A stretch of 64,000 nt of DNA from contig OZ296659.1 in NCBI GenBank assembly GCA_965655095.1, positions 76,508,001-76,572,000 of the forward strand, written 5' to 3'. This stretch comes from Haplodiscus bocki (taxonomy: Eukaryota). The notes beneath the pieces were generated by a model. It was not told the origin of the DNA, made no database searches, and saw only the letters and a list, made by a program, of their open reading frames with translations. How positions within the stretch are numbered: the stretch's first letter is position 1; every line of letters begins with the position of its first letter. Below, one piece after another: positions 26,519 to 39,600 of the stretch. The translations under genes and the position numbers were made by a program.

Positions 26519-29500
26519 TTTATGGACCCAAATTTAATTTACAGTAATAATATGTATATATAGATGAAAGAGAAAAATCATGAACATCAGAAAGAGTATC
26601 AGGCTAAGCTTTTTGTTACACGGCATCTAGAACAGTTACAACATATGAAAAAAGAACAAGTACTATCCAATTGAAAAAGTTTCTGTTTTAGAAAGTCACG
26701 AGTCCTGGTTACCCCAGTAGAAGGTTCTTCAAGTATATTGTGCCTATGTAGGTAATTAAATGCATTAACAGCCCTGTGGAAGAAGGAACTGTCAGGAAGG
26801 GATGGATTCACATTGAAGGGATTAAACATATTCCGTCTTATTTTCGGGCTTGATAGTGAACTTTACATAGTCTTGGATATTGAAGTTACATTTTCCCAAG
26901 CATAAAGATATGAAGAAGGAAATCATGCTGAGTTGGATGAAATAGGTGACTGGCAAAATTCCGCTTGCTGAAATTATATCGGCATGGGCTTTTTTACCAA
27001 AAGCCCAAGTAAGACAAGATTGCTGAAACTCTTCCGTTTCAATAAGGCATGAAAGATTAGGTAACCATATGGCAATTCCATATAATAAGACAGATAGCAC
27101 CACACTTTGATAGAGCTGAAATTCACTTTTGGAAGGCGTTGTCCAGGGGATTGTGCTTTTTAACTTGAGGAAGCATCTTCGTGCTTTGAAAATTTTGTAG
27201 TTGACATGATCAACACATTTCATGTTTCCATTGATAATCAAATCAAGGTCTTCATGTGATTTAACAATTTCCAATGTACCCATTTCACAATCGACAGTCA
27301 TGACACCCTTGAAAGTGAGTGTCTTGGTATGGTTTGCTAGCATTCCATTTTCTAGGTTCCAAGTGTATAAACGAGTAAGGTCATCTTGGAAGTTGCAAGA
27401 ATTACAGAGAAGTTTCAGGTCATCCACAAACAACAATGGTAAAGAGTCAATGAAGATTGTGGAAAGATCATTTACGACCAATAGGAATAAAAAAGCACCA
27501 AGAACCGATCCTTGAGGAACACCGCTAATCACTTCAAAAGGATCTGATCGGTGGCCATTAATCGTCACAACTTGGTAGCAGTTGGTGAGATAAGACTCGA
27601 AGTGAGATAAATTCATCATCAAGACCAAAGTTATGTAACTTAGAAGGAAGGACACTAATAGGAACTTTATCAAATGTTTTGGAATAGTCCAAGTAAATTC
27701 CGAAAACGAAGTAAGAGTTCATATTGAATAGTTGTTCAAGATAAGTGACAAGTTTTAAGATTGGACTTTTGTTAGATTGAAAACCAAACTGCTTAGGACT
27801 GATTCGATGCTTCCAGCTGTGATAAAGGTGTTTGGAAAGAATTCGCTTGAAAAAGATGGATATTTTGGCAGCAGACTGATTAGACGGTAGTTTTCAAGTG
27901 AGTTCCGCGCACCATTTTTGATAAGCGGAATGACAAAGGCGGTTTTTCAAATGTCAAGAAACTTCAGTATTAAAATAGGCGAACAAAAACCGGGGTACAG
28001 AAAAACTGAGAAAACGCCGATATTTGATTTTAGCACCATGCAGACAAAGTTGTCATTCGTATCATAAGTATCATCAGTTTGACAAGGAGGGTGTAAATTA
28101 GTTCGGGTTTGATGATGTTTAACAACTCAGAGAGGTATACAAGCTTCTGAGACTGTAGCGGGACGCCGCGAATTTCAAAATGTTGTTTGTTGCAGTTATC
28201 ACTAAAGAACATATTAAAGCCATTAACAATGGAAATCTCACTAAAGAACTTCAGTTTGCCGAAATGCCTTTGTTGGGGCAAGGACTGAACAGAAAGAAAT
28301 CGAACAGCTTTGAAACATTCCGAAGTCGAGTTAGTAGCTGTACCATTTAAAAAACAAAGTCGGTCGAGTTCGATCGAGTTAGACAGGTCCTCTTCGGCTT
28401 TCGTAACTAGAACAAAGTTATGCTTTGAAGGATTTTTAATGCACTTTCTTCGTAAAGTGTTAACAAGTTCAGCGAGTGCATAGCATAGTATGCGATGAGT
28501 AGTAAAATGGTGCATTTAGTCTTTTTGATCTTTTTTTGAGACTACTGGAGATGGTGTTATTTAGCTGATCGTAGAAATTGACCACTGTACTGATGGGATA
28601 ATCTAAGAACGGAAAGGAGGAGCAAAGTTCAGGAAAGACAGTCATCTGTTGAGCAGAGTTGAAAGTAAAGGCTGAGGAGAAGGAGGAGACGGTGCTATTA
28701 CATCTTCCATTCAAACTGCATGACAATAGGGTAGTGATCACTGATAGAGGAGTCCTTGTCAATTGAGAGAAGCGAGAGACGATGGAAGTCGTTGCCCAGA
28801 ACATTATCAAGAGTATTGCCGCCAGCATGTGTACTTTCATGAAGCAAAGCAGAGGTAAACTTGTCGCTCAAAAGGTTCATATACCCCGATTCCCATGAGC
28901 TGGTGCTGCTAACATTGGACCAATTGGTGCTTGGAAGATTGAAGTCACCTAGTATGTGAAATCTCCACTGAGTCACAGAAATTGTTGGAAAACTTTTCGA
29001 AGACTATCTGAAGTACTGATCCAAGCACGTCCGGGCTAACTTCGAAGGGACTATTATGGGGTGGCAGATAAACGAAAATGAAAACGACAGTACGATCTGG
29101 TACGCTAAAGCTGATTGCACAACAAAAATCGATTTGTGGAGCAATATTAATAGCGTTGCAGTTGAGAGCAGAAGAAGCTTTATGCAAAACAAATACTCCG
29201 CCATGATTGCCCTTCTTGCGATCCTGTCTAGCAACAACCTGGTATTGTCCAAAAAGGGTCATATTAAAGTCGTCGGAGGTCGCGTCCAGCCAATGTCTGA
29301 CAGAAAGGCTAACTGTACATTTTTCGTAAAAAATAGTATAGAAGCTTGGTGCGTTTGTGCAATCCGGTAAGACCACGAGCGTTCAGGAGACAGATTAGAG
29401 GCAGAGTTGGTCAGAGAGGGTCATCCTCAGTTATTGTGATAGTTCCGTTTTTGAGTTGATCCAGTAAGGTATTGTAGTCTACATTCGTTGATACGTTTGA

Positions 29501-30300
29501 CGTTATAAAAGAGTTTCAGGTCTTTAACGCGAAACAGACTTCGATCTAAGCAGTCTTGAACAAAATCGTAAAGCAGTTTAGGCAAGTCTTTTTCTTTCAG
29601 ACGATCCTTCCAGCAAAGCTTCTCTTCACGAAAATCCCAGTTCCTTTCAGCAACGGAGCGTTTGACACGACAGCGCGTCGATCCAATGCAGATGGAAGGA
29701 CTATTTCAAGCGGTCGTGGTCTAGCATTGTTATCAGGACTAACTGGTCCCAATCTCTTGTTCTACCGTATAGTATTCTTCGGCACTTTTAAAGTTGATAG
29801 GACTTGATCTAGGTTAGTTGTTGACGCAGTGGAGTTGACTTCCAGTACGTTGTAAAACTATTGTCTCTTCAGCTGCCTTGTCATAGTCCTTCTCGAGACT
29901 TAGTAACTCTAGAACTAAGTCATAGTCCTGATGTTGTTCTAGAGACTTAGTAACAACATCAATCAAATTCGGCTGATCAGATAGACGGCGGGGCTGGGAC
30001 TACTGACAGGCATTTGCAGACTCAAGATTGACTGGTTAATACGCCGGAGAGTGTTGTTGTTCTCAATGATATTACCGAGCTAGGTGTTGTTCTGTTTCAA
30101 GGACTGATAAAGTTGGGAAAGAGTTTCACGAAGAAGACATTCGAGAGTAGCCTTTTTTTGCTTTGGAGAAAAAGCACTCAGGTCAGCGTGCTCCGCGCCT
30201 ATGAGTTCAGACACTGTGGGAGTCCGAAGGTAGACGGGAGCGGGTGTCCGACATATAAAATAAGGCAGTAAGATGTAGTCAAGAAGTACCGTAGCGGAGA
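26516..30300 (-). mobile_element. decayed LINE (APE+RT, CR1/Jockey-like)
   Basis: APE motifs DRKKGNHGGV, VYLPP, ILGDFNLP, THAGGNTLD, SDHYP. RT motifs NYRLISLL, QFGF, GVPQGSVLG.FLF...VNDL, FVDDLKL. Decayed ORF1 from an ATG near 30254. Confidence 0.92.
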
Positions 30301-30999
30301 CAGTGGCAACACCGTGGATCCTGTGAAAGGTTTTTTACATATGATCAGAATTTCATAAAATGAAAACCTCTGTGATCTCATCAAAATTTTAAGGAGCTTT
30401 GGTTTCCACAACTTTCTTCAAAACATCTTAGTTTTTGAGATTTTGACCTTCAAAAACCTCAATTGTTGCTTAAGGGATCACTTAAGAAAAATAACTACTG
30501 TAATTGCATTAATACAGCTTTTAAATTTATGACTCTCCAGAGCAAAACGTTTATAGTATCAAAAGTCCAAATGTAACGAATCGAAATGTCAATCAACTCA
30601 TTTTCTTTAGATAAGACTTGAGCAGTATTTCTGAATGTTCACATTAAATTGGAAGCCAAAAAACAGGCATTATTTTTAGTTTAGATTCAGCAGAAGCCGT
30701 TTAATTTATGCTTCACCAATAATCTAGAAATTCAGTTGTATGCAAAACCGAATGGATGAAATGGGATAAGACACAAAACTTTTTTTTGAAATTTTCAGTT
30801 CAAACTCATTATCCGAATTGAGAAGCTTTCCAGAGTTCATATAAAGAATAATTAGGTATACTACATCGAAGCCTATTGCAATCAAATTTCTATAACGAAC
30901 TTCCAGCTATCCTGCAAAAAATAAAAGCGTCATAAAACTTGAATTGGCAGAGAAACAACAGTGAAACAAATGAATTGCAGTCAAACTGTTTCTTCTCTC

Positions 31000-31287
31000 C
31001 TATTGCCTGCTTTGAAGAACGACAGTGTTCAGCTCTTCCCGCTTCTTCTTTGCCGATCGCAATTTGCCAAGCTTCTTCTTTAGGTACTTGAGAGTTCTCT
31101 TGTCCCGCTGATTCCTCAACAATTCCAAAGCTCTTCTTTCATACGGGGTGTAACCCATCACCTCTACTATCACATCCTTGACGAACTTCCTTTTAGGGAC
31201 ATGTCGCCTCTTCCACGACTTCTTGGGCAGTTTTGTCAGCTTTTTGCCACGCTCGCTTTTAAGACCGGCGCAAGTTTCGACAACCAT
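31000..31287 (-). CDS. RPL36: 60S ribosomal protein eL36 (L36), divergent
   Basis: KFVKDVIVEVMGYTPYERRALELLR...DKRTLKYLKKKLG...AKKKREEL matches the eL36 signature. Intact 95-aa ORF from ATG 31287. Candidate 5'UTR intron 31428-31298 (GTAATT...TTTCAG). Confidence 0.9.
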   Translation of the reverse strand: MVVETCAGLKSERGKKLTKLPKKSWKRRHVPKRKFVKDVIVEVMGYTPYERRALELLRNQRDKRTLKYLKKKLGKLRSAKKKREELNTVVLQSRQ

Positions 31288-32301
31288 TTCGATCGATCTG
31301 AAATAATTTAAACATACTTTGCCATTACATTTCCTTTTCATTCATTTGGCACTTTCAAAAAGTTTACGTCATCCTTATCGAAAATTGACCTTTTTCGCAT
31401 ACTTTGGAGTAAAAACATAAGGAATTACCTTATGGAAGGAAGCAACGGCTCAAGCATACAACAGTCAATTGGAAAAATATTTCGTAAAGACAGAGCAACT
31501 TTACATCCAATATGATTCATAACCGAACAGGAGATAATCTCTACAAAGAACAGTAGTAAGGAGACGGCGGTTTAAATGCCGAAATCCTTCCAACTCAAAG
31601 ACTTCAAGATACAAAATTGACCGAAACAGATTTTGTTGACTAAGCGCACAGTTCTAGTATCAATCTGGACAGTAATCCAAACGTTCCCTCGAAAAAATGT
31701 TCATTTTATGCACAAACTATAAAAACTTTCTACAACGATTGAAATCTTAAGTTTTGAGAAATTCGCCTTGGGTCTAAAAAAATCGTACTCCTAACTTCAG
31801 AAAAACTTCTAAATAAAACTCCAAGATATATTGAATCAAATAAGCGTTATTCTCACATGGTGAAGACTAAGGTTTTCTGAGAAAACTATTCATTCCCGAT
31901 TTCGACTCAAACACAATTTTAGACCTCCGCACTCAAAAGAACAATAATGTAACATTGTGGATGAGCCTAAAAAGCACATTATGATTGAACGGCAACCGCG
32001 AAATTTCGAAAACCTAAACTGGTTGCTGAAAAATGCCCTTTCTCAAACTCACTTCAAAAAAGATGGTTTCCGACTTCTGAGCATTTGCTGTAAAGAAAAT
32101 TGTGCGCGCCCAAAAACAATGAAAAGCAACCGGTTCTGAGCCTCAGATAACATAAAGCATACCGTCTAAAACAAGACTCCAAAAAAGCCATACGTCACTG
32201 TCAAAAACGTGTTATTGTCTTCCAAACTCAGCTAAACTTATGACCCAAAATTTCCACCACGAATGAATTGTGCTTTCTCCTTTGCTTTTTCAATTAATTA
32301 A

Positions 32302-35270
32302 ATGATCAGCCTTCCTCCTTCGATAAGAGTACTGATTCATTGCATCATCTGTAAAAGACATCTGCGTTGCGATGGAGTCTGGTGCACTAGATGTCCTGGC
32401 TATCTCCACGTTTCATTCAGCCGTCTAACGACTGGTAATGACTACTACTGCCAGGGAATTAGTTGCAAGAAAAGCTCTGCTGAAAAAAAAGCTACGGAAG
32501 ATCAAACCGCAGTCCCAAATTACCTTTCAGACCTCCGCTTCTGGGCATCTCAAACAGACAAAACAAGGAAATTGATCGAAGTTTACAACGAAGTTATACA
32601 CTTGAAGCCCGTCTTTCTCATTCTCGGCAAAGACAAGGCAGGATACAATTTCGTCAAACAGCTCAACAAACTTCTGCAATCTTTGGCGGATGGAACAAGC
32701 CTGGTCTAGTGTCAGCATGATAGCCGCAATTGCCCTGCCGCATCTGCTTCTTGCCAAGAGGAAAAACTTAAATGACGGCTAGATAAAACAAACGATTTAA
32801 CGGAAAACAAGCCGACAGAAAAGGGCCGACGTCGAAAACTTGTTCCACGAAGCCGAGATTCTCCAGTCCAGAGTGTCGAAAAAACTCGAACAAAACTGAT
32901 GACAATGAGAGGAAACAGGTCCAATGCACGATGGTAATGGTCAAGATCTCTTAATCTGTCGGCCTTTTCTCCGACTCCCAATCCAGAGGTGTTCTTCCCT
33001 GAGCGACGCAAAAGACGGCACAAGTGTACAGGTTATCTTGAAGGCAAAACATCGGAATCCTTCTCCGTCAAATACAAACTAAATCTCGAACCCGTCGAAT
33101 TGAACTATCCCCTACGATTCATCGATTTTTGATTAAATCAATGTCAATCACATCAGAACAGCTGCAACGGAAACACATGAAAACCATGGGCTAATTGGCC
33201 TCGACGCGAGCGATTGGGGCAAAACAAAAACTCTTCTCAAAGGGTTGTTCAGCGACCTATCCGAGACGATCGCGAATTATGCCCGCCGGATAGCTACTAG
33301 GAGCTATCGAACAAGAACAACTCGAGGCACATAAAGATTTCACGTTGGTGCCATTACATAAAAATTCAGGTGTTGGTCCGATAGGCATAGGAAAACTCCT
33401 ACTGAGAATAATCCGCTGCAACATCAGGGAATGTATGTCACAGGATCTCCTCGAACTCGGATCCAGCAAGAAACTATCCTTCCGCAAGAAAAAACGGAAT
33501 TGAGTTCGCAATTCAATTACTTTGCGAAAATTTTGAAGAGATCGATACTGAAGCACTTCTGCCACTGAACGAAAATAGTGCCTTGACTTTGTTGAACCAC
33601 GAACTGGCGATGAAGATCACCGAAACTCAGTGTCAGGGACTGTATCACGCAAAATACAACTCCTACACAAAGTCATCTGCTCTCTTCATCAATCAGAAGA
33701 TACTACTGTCAAGAGAGGCACAACACAAGGTGACCCCCTCGCAACGGTAATGCATGCTGTCACACTTATGGCACTAATTCAAAGAAAGGGAAACGAACGA
33801 ATAATGCGGTCATGGTACGCCGATGACGTTTCAGTGGCAGGAAAGTTGGAGGACCTGCACTAAGTGCTAGACAACGTCATTAAACATGAGAAACAATTCG
33901 GATACCACGTGAAAACCTCAAAGGCTACCTCATTGTCAAGGAAGCCTCCCTCTCTAACGCCAGCACATTCTTCCATGGGAAATCAATCTTTTTTTGCAGA
34001 TGGATCCAGAATCCTGGGTTCTGTCATCGGACGCGAAATCTTCTGCAAACACTGCATTGAAGAAAAAGCAGACAAATACATCAAAGCCAGCATGAAATTG
34101 TCTCGCAAGGACATCGCCACAAAACGCTTACTCTTGTCCAACAAAAGGTGTCCAAGGAAAACTGTTTTCATGTACACAAAATTAGTCGAGATGTTTGACA
34201 AAATTGAGTTTCAGCTCACAAATCAAGTCATTCCACCGATCATAGGACAACCAACTACATCAGACGAGGATCGGGATTTGTTTCCAATACCAGTCAAGAT
34301 GGGAGATTTTAACATCCGAAAACGAACAGACTATTTCGACGACTAGTTTTGGTTTGAAAACTTGGTAGAGCACTTTAGGGATGAGAACATTTCGGAGGCA
34401 AAACAGAAGCAATAAGAAACTTCAGTTTAAAATAAGCAAACAAAAAAGTCCACAAGCGGGAAGTCGAAAAAGGCAAACTTTCAGAATGGGTCACAGAAGA
34501 GGGACGCCAAATTGTTAACTTGACCTCAGAGGAGGGAGCATCAAATTGGTTGAATGTTTTGCCGCTGAAGGAATATGGCTTTAACTTGAACAAGTCAGAA
34601 TTTGGGGACGGAGTACATTTGAGACACAGAATTGAGCACAAAAAACCCGAATTTTGTCCATGTAGCCGTAAATTTACGATTGCCCATGCTTTCTATTGTC
34701 CTAAAGTGGATATGCACATTTACGCCACAACGAAAAGAGAGACACTATTGCAAAGTTCATGGAAGAGATGTGCCACGATGTGGCAACAGAATCTCTTCTT
34801 CAACAGTTGCAAGGCGAAAGCTTTGACAACATGTCAACCACAAAAGAAGAAGAAGCTCGTTTAGACAGTAAAGTCTATGTGGACCCCGTTTAATTCAATA
34901 ATTTTCGATCTGTGAATTTTTAGTCGATTAGCCAAAACATCAAAAACAATAACTGATCCCTAAAAGTACCAGAGAAACCTCAAAAAACTGAAGTACCAGC
35001 AACGCATTCTGGGTGTCAAACAAAGCAGCTGTAATCCACTGATTTTCTCATGCACAAGTGACGCAAAAGTTTTGCAACAACTCACGGAGAAAAAAGGGGA
35101 AAGGTATCGTAATCATACGCCAACGCCATGAGTTAGATCCGATCCAAAGTTAGCTTTGCTCTCCTCCCTAGTTCGATACCTTCTTTGAGGGGCTAAAGAT
35201 TAACGTAAAGGAACGACTTTTTAGGAAATTCAATGGGAACGATCATTGAAGAAGCAAGGCTGTCAATCGA
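32302..35270 (+). mobile_element. decayed CRE-clade non-LTR retrotransposon (RT + restriction-like endonuclease)
   Basis: RT motifs GTTQGDPLA and WYADD. C-terminal GASNWLNVLPL.EYGF.L.KSEF...LR, C.C...F...HA..C, RHNE.RD, EARLD, PLIFS and SFALL...LRG. N-terminal PHD-like Cys cluster. Confidence 0.85.
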
Positions 35271-35949
35271 AGTGCAAATTGATAACCTCAATCTATTAGG
35301 ATTTTTTATATTGCATAAAATTCTTGCCCTCCTCTTGTTTTCTTTGAACAAGAGGACCGTTTAATGACACGGTGCAGGAGGGGTACAGCATGCAGCATAT
35401 CAACGACCCGAACCCTGAAATAATCTTCATGACTTCTACACCATTCAATGACTTCTGCCCCGTCGCAAATTTTACATTCTTTGAACCTGGCTTATGTCTC
35501 TGCAAGTCATCATATTTAAGTTGCTTGACGTACCGATATATACAGTCCTCTTATGATTGCACAAATGTTTTCTTGTGTTGCCCTCAGCAACTTCAAACAG
35601 CTGATTGAAAAATATAAAACGGTGTTCATACAATTCGGAAAACCGAAAAGAATGTCTGGTAATGCCTTGCATACACAATATGACATCAACAACATTCGAA
35701 ACCGCCCACGTCAAATAAACAATTGCCGTACAAATCTGGCCTTCAGAATGGCTACTACTGCGTGATTGCGTGACGAGTTAAGGACTCTGAAAGAGATGGT
35801 CTCCTCGCGTTGTCGCTTTGGTTGGTCGTCTTTGAATGGATGCAAAAATTCACACAAGCGAGCCAATTGGTGTAAAAGGGTCTGTTAATGCTTCAGTTTG
35901 CTGAACCTAATTTTTGTGATGAGCCTAAAAAGGTCTTAAGATTGGGTTT

Positions 35950-38900
35950 GATAATGCCGAAATGTAATCAATCCGCAAATGATGACGAGGACTCGATGCA
36001 TCTAATCGAGTGCAATGGTCAAGGGTCAATGATGATCGCTGTGTCGCTTGGGTATCAATATGCTTAGCCCAAAAGCTTGCAAGAGGGTCCAATGAGAAGC
36101 GTTTCCTATGTGAATACTGTGCAGCACAGGAGGTAGGGTATTTTAAAGGGAGGCTTGAGAAAATACGGAAAACAGACCCATCAGCTCAACCAGAGCAAGG
36201 ACGGGAACGTTTGTTCAATGCAGTTGCGACTGAGGACAGTCGTATGGACAATACGACAATGCCAAAATTTTTGAAGCAGATGAGGCACCAGGTGAGGACC
36301 CCTACAGCACAGTTATCCAAGTTACCAGCGACGCAGGTGTTGTCATGAGGCAAGATGACTTCAAAATCTGTGATCGTCTGGCAACTAGAGTTGGTGCCAA
36401 ACCTGTCGTTGCGAAGTTTATCAGGGGAGAGTTTAAAAGTGTAATCATGGGAAGTAAAGCTTTCCTGAAAGGGAGAAAATTAAAGAGTGTCATAAATGAT
36501 GATTTTACTCCCTTGCGTTCCAAACTATCCGAAGTGCTTCGTACAGGCAAAACATCAAGTTGGTAAAATTTCTCCATGAAATAATACCAACATTCTATGG
36601 AAACAATGTTAAAAAACAAACAGAAATCTTTATGAACTACATAAGGCAGCTCGTCTGATGTCCTATTAGTTTGCAGATCAATACCAAATTTTTAGAAAAG
36701 GTGTCTCGCAGGAGCAAAACCCGGAGTACATTTTGTAAAACGCTGTTGAACAACCGGATCTGGAATGCTAAAAAAACATCTTTAAATTACATTTTTGATA
36801 AATTTGTGGTGTACCTTGATTCACAACAAAACATGCTTTTCGAAAGTTGGCTATCCCAGGCCTGGATGAATGAAGATTTTGACAAGGATTTATACAAGGT
36901 TCCTGAATATTCTCCACTGTTACTTAAAGAATCAAAATATCGTAATGACGACGTCGCTATGTTTGTCCACAAGTCCTAAAGCTTTGATCAAGAACAAAGC
37001 GACACAACACCGAACATTGTTGATGATAAATGTGTCACAAGAAAGGAAACCTTTCTTTTTTTGTCTTGACGATGCACTTCAGAGAATAAAACAACATTTT
37101 GTAAAACCTATAGAGTGTTTCACATATCCATACTCTGGAACGTATTCACCTATTTTGTTCTTAGGAAATATATATTTTGACTTGCTGAAAGAAAATTTTT
37201 TAACCAACGTTTTTTTTATACAATTCATGGACACGGCTTTAGCCAAAAGGTTACCGCACCAACTAGAGGAACCGAACATAGTGAAAACTGCCTGGACCAT
37301 GTACTTGACAACAATGTCTGTAAAAACTTTCAAGTTGGTAAAAAAACCGATTTGATTGACCATTTTGCATTTAGTAGAATGAAAACTTTTAAAACACTTC
37401 ATAACGGTTGATCAACGTTGACTGTAAAACAACATATAACTTTAAAATACCAATTGGTTAACAAGCAATTTCGAGAAACACTTCCAAAGATGTGGAATGT
37501 TCTTGATTTCTCGCGGGGCTTAAGTATAATTTTGCGAATTCGTGGAAACTTTCACCAATACAGTCGAGTTTTTGTCGTTAGTGAAAAAAATTAAAAAAAT
37601 CGTACTGGTGCAAATTTTTGGACAAACAAGAATATCAAAATACTGTGGCGAGGAGAATCGAAAAATTCAAAACGTTTTGAAAATTTCCAACACCAAAAAG
37701 TAAAAAAAATCACAAAATGAAGAATGAAAGAAAAAAAAAGTAGAAAAGTTCTCTCGAACTGTAAAAAACAGCTTTATAGCGAAAAATTGGAAGAAGTTCT
37801 GAAAAAGCAACGTACTTATGGAGAAAGAATATAAATAACGGCAAGCGCAAAAAGTGGGAAATGACTCGTGTGGAAAACTGGAAGCAAAGACCTGACAGAA
37901 CCAATCGACGTTTCAAATATAATCCATATTGCTTGTGTGTCGATTGGTGAAAATACTGTGAGAACAACTTTTCTGTCAGAAGCCAACACTGTGAGAACAA
38001 CAATGCGAGAACAGCCATTTCGATGATCAATGTTCCCTATCTTCGTATACTTCAATGGAAAGACCCCAATATGTTTCCCTTCCCCACCATTTACACGGAA
38101 TCTTCTAAAACTTTGTTTAATCGCAAATTGGGAAAGTTAGTAGGTTATAATGGAGTTTAAACGGAGCTTTTACGTACTTGCCACGATGTTTTTGTACATA
38201 TTCTTGTTCTACTTCTAAACAAATCTAGAGAAGAGGCAACTTTCCGGGAACTCAAAAAAGGAGCAAAAGCACTGCCGTTTATCAAAAAAAGTAGAAGGAC
38301 GGATATAAAAGTTATCGATCAATGTTCGTCTTTCCCGTAATAAGTAAACATATTTGACCGAATTTCTTCTGAAAGACTCTACGAATCTTCAAGTGAGAAA
38401 AAAACTAATATGTTAAACATCATCTGGATTTACATCAGTAAATTGCACGTTTTATACACTTGCGGAGTTGCTAGAAGATATCTGCTACGATGTACGATGA
38501 TAACTCAATACTTACATCTCTCTGACTGGAGATGAGAAAACATTTGATACAACTGATCATTCAAATTTAATTTGAGTTCTAGCAAATTATGGTGTGCGGA
38601 GAGTTTGTCTCGACTGGTTTATCGCTTGTTTAAATAACAGAAAACAGTTCGTACAGATAAAAGGTGCTGGATGTAATACATCAACAATATCTTGTGGCTT
38701 TCCTTAAGGTTAATTATAAGGCCTGCTTCTCTCTGTTATATGCATCAACGATATACCGATTTCTTTCAAAGATATTATACACTATTTCTTAGCAGACAAT
38801 ACAAACGCTTTTTTGAGCCAACCAAAAAAGCAAAACAAGAGCAATCTAGATTCGCCGCTTTTAGAACTTTTCGAGTGGATAGCTGAAAACAAAATTCCCT

Positions 38901-39600
38901 TGATTACAACAAAAACACAATTGCTGCATTTCTCTGGATTCACTGCTGGTTTATTAAAACGCAACCAGAATTTTAAAAGTTCACGTCGTGTCGATTAAGT
39001 TGGTATCATTGTCGATAAGCGGCCCAATTGTCAAAAATATGCGAATTATTTTAAAGGAAAACTGTAGAAACTTTTTTATGTTCTCAAGAAGCTCAACTCA
39101 ATTGTTTCAAAAAACTTTCGTACGGGCTATAAACTAACGGTTATACGTCAAAAAAAATTGAACCTATTTAAAAAATGCAAAAGGAAGTTCTACGAAATAT
39201 TTTTGGCAAAAAGCGCGACTATTCTTCCCATGAACTTACTGAGGAAATACTGTGAGATTATAAACTCTATTGTTTTGGACTGATCACAATCAGTTTGCAA
39301 GCATTGAGGCAAAAAACTCCTACTTCCCACTTGAACAACTTTCATCGTACAACGGAATAAGTTTTTCAATCTAGAAACTCTTTAACTGGTCTTCTAGCGA
39401 CGTTAAAATGTCAAAATAAATACCAGAAGACATTTTTTAGGCTCAGGGTTACCAAATTGATAAAAAGCGCACTGAAACGGGTGTTGATTCCTCCATAAAC
39501 CAGTCAGCTAGATCAAAATTTCTTTACAAAAAAATAAGGAAACCTAAGTTCATTGATCGAATTAAGGGGTTATTGGATCTGATTTTCTAAAACTTAATAA
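35950..39600 (+). mobile_element. highly decayed LINE (ORF1 + APE + RT, CR1/L2-like)
   Basis: Cys-rich ORF1 remnant. APE remnants (VAMFVH, LGNIYFDLL, NCLDH). RT remnants at ~38100-39000 (FDTTDH, NYGVR, WF...L.NRKQ.V, INDI, LADNT). Confidence 0.75.

Noticed and set aside
31288-31341. N-terminal extension of RPL36 in the ORF track
   Set aside because: It spans a strong splice acceptor at 31298, and eL36 homology starts at the ATG at 31287.
35296-35765. Cys-containing ORFs as a host exon
   Set aside because: No recognisable domain, frames are short and overlapping, and the region sits between two retrotransposons.
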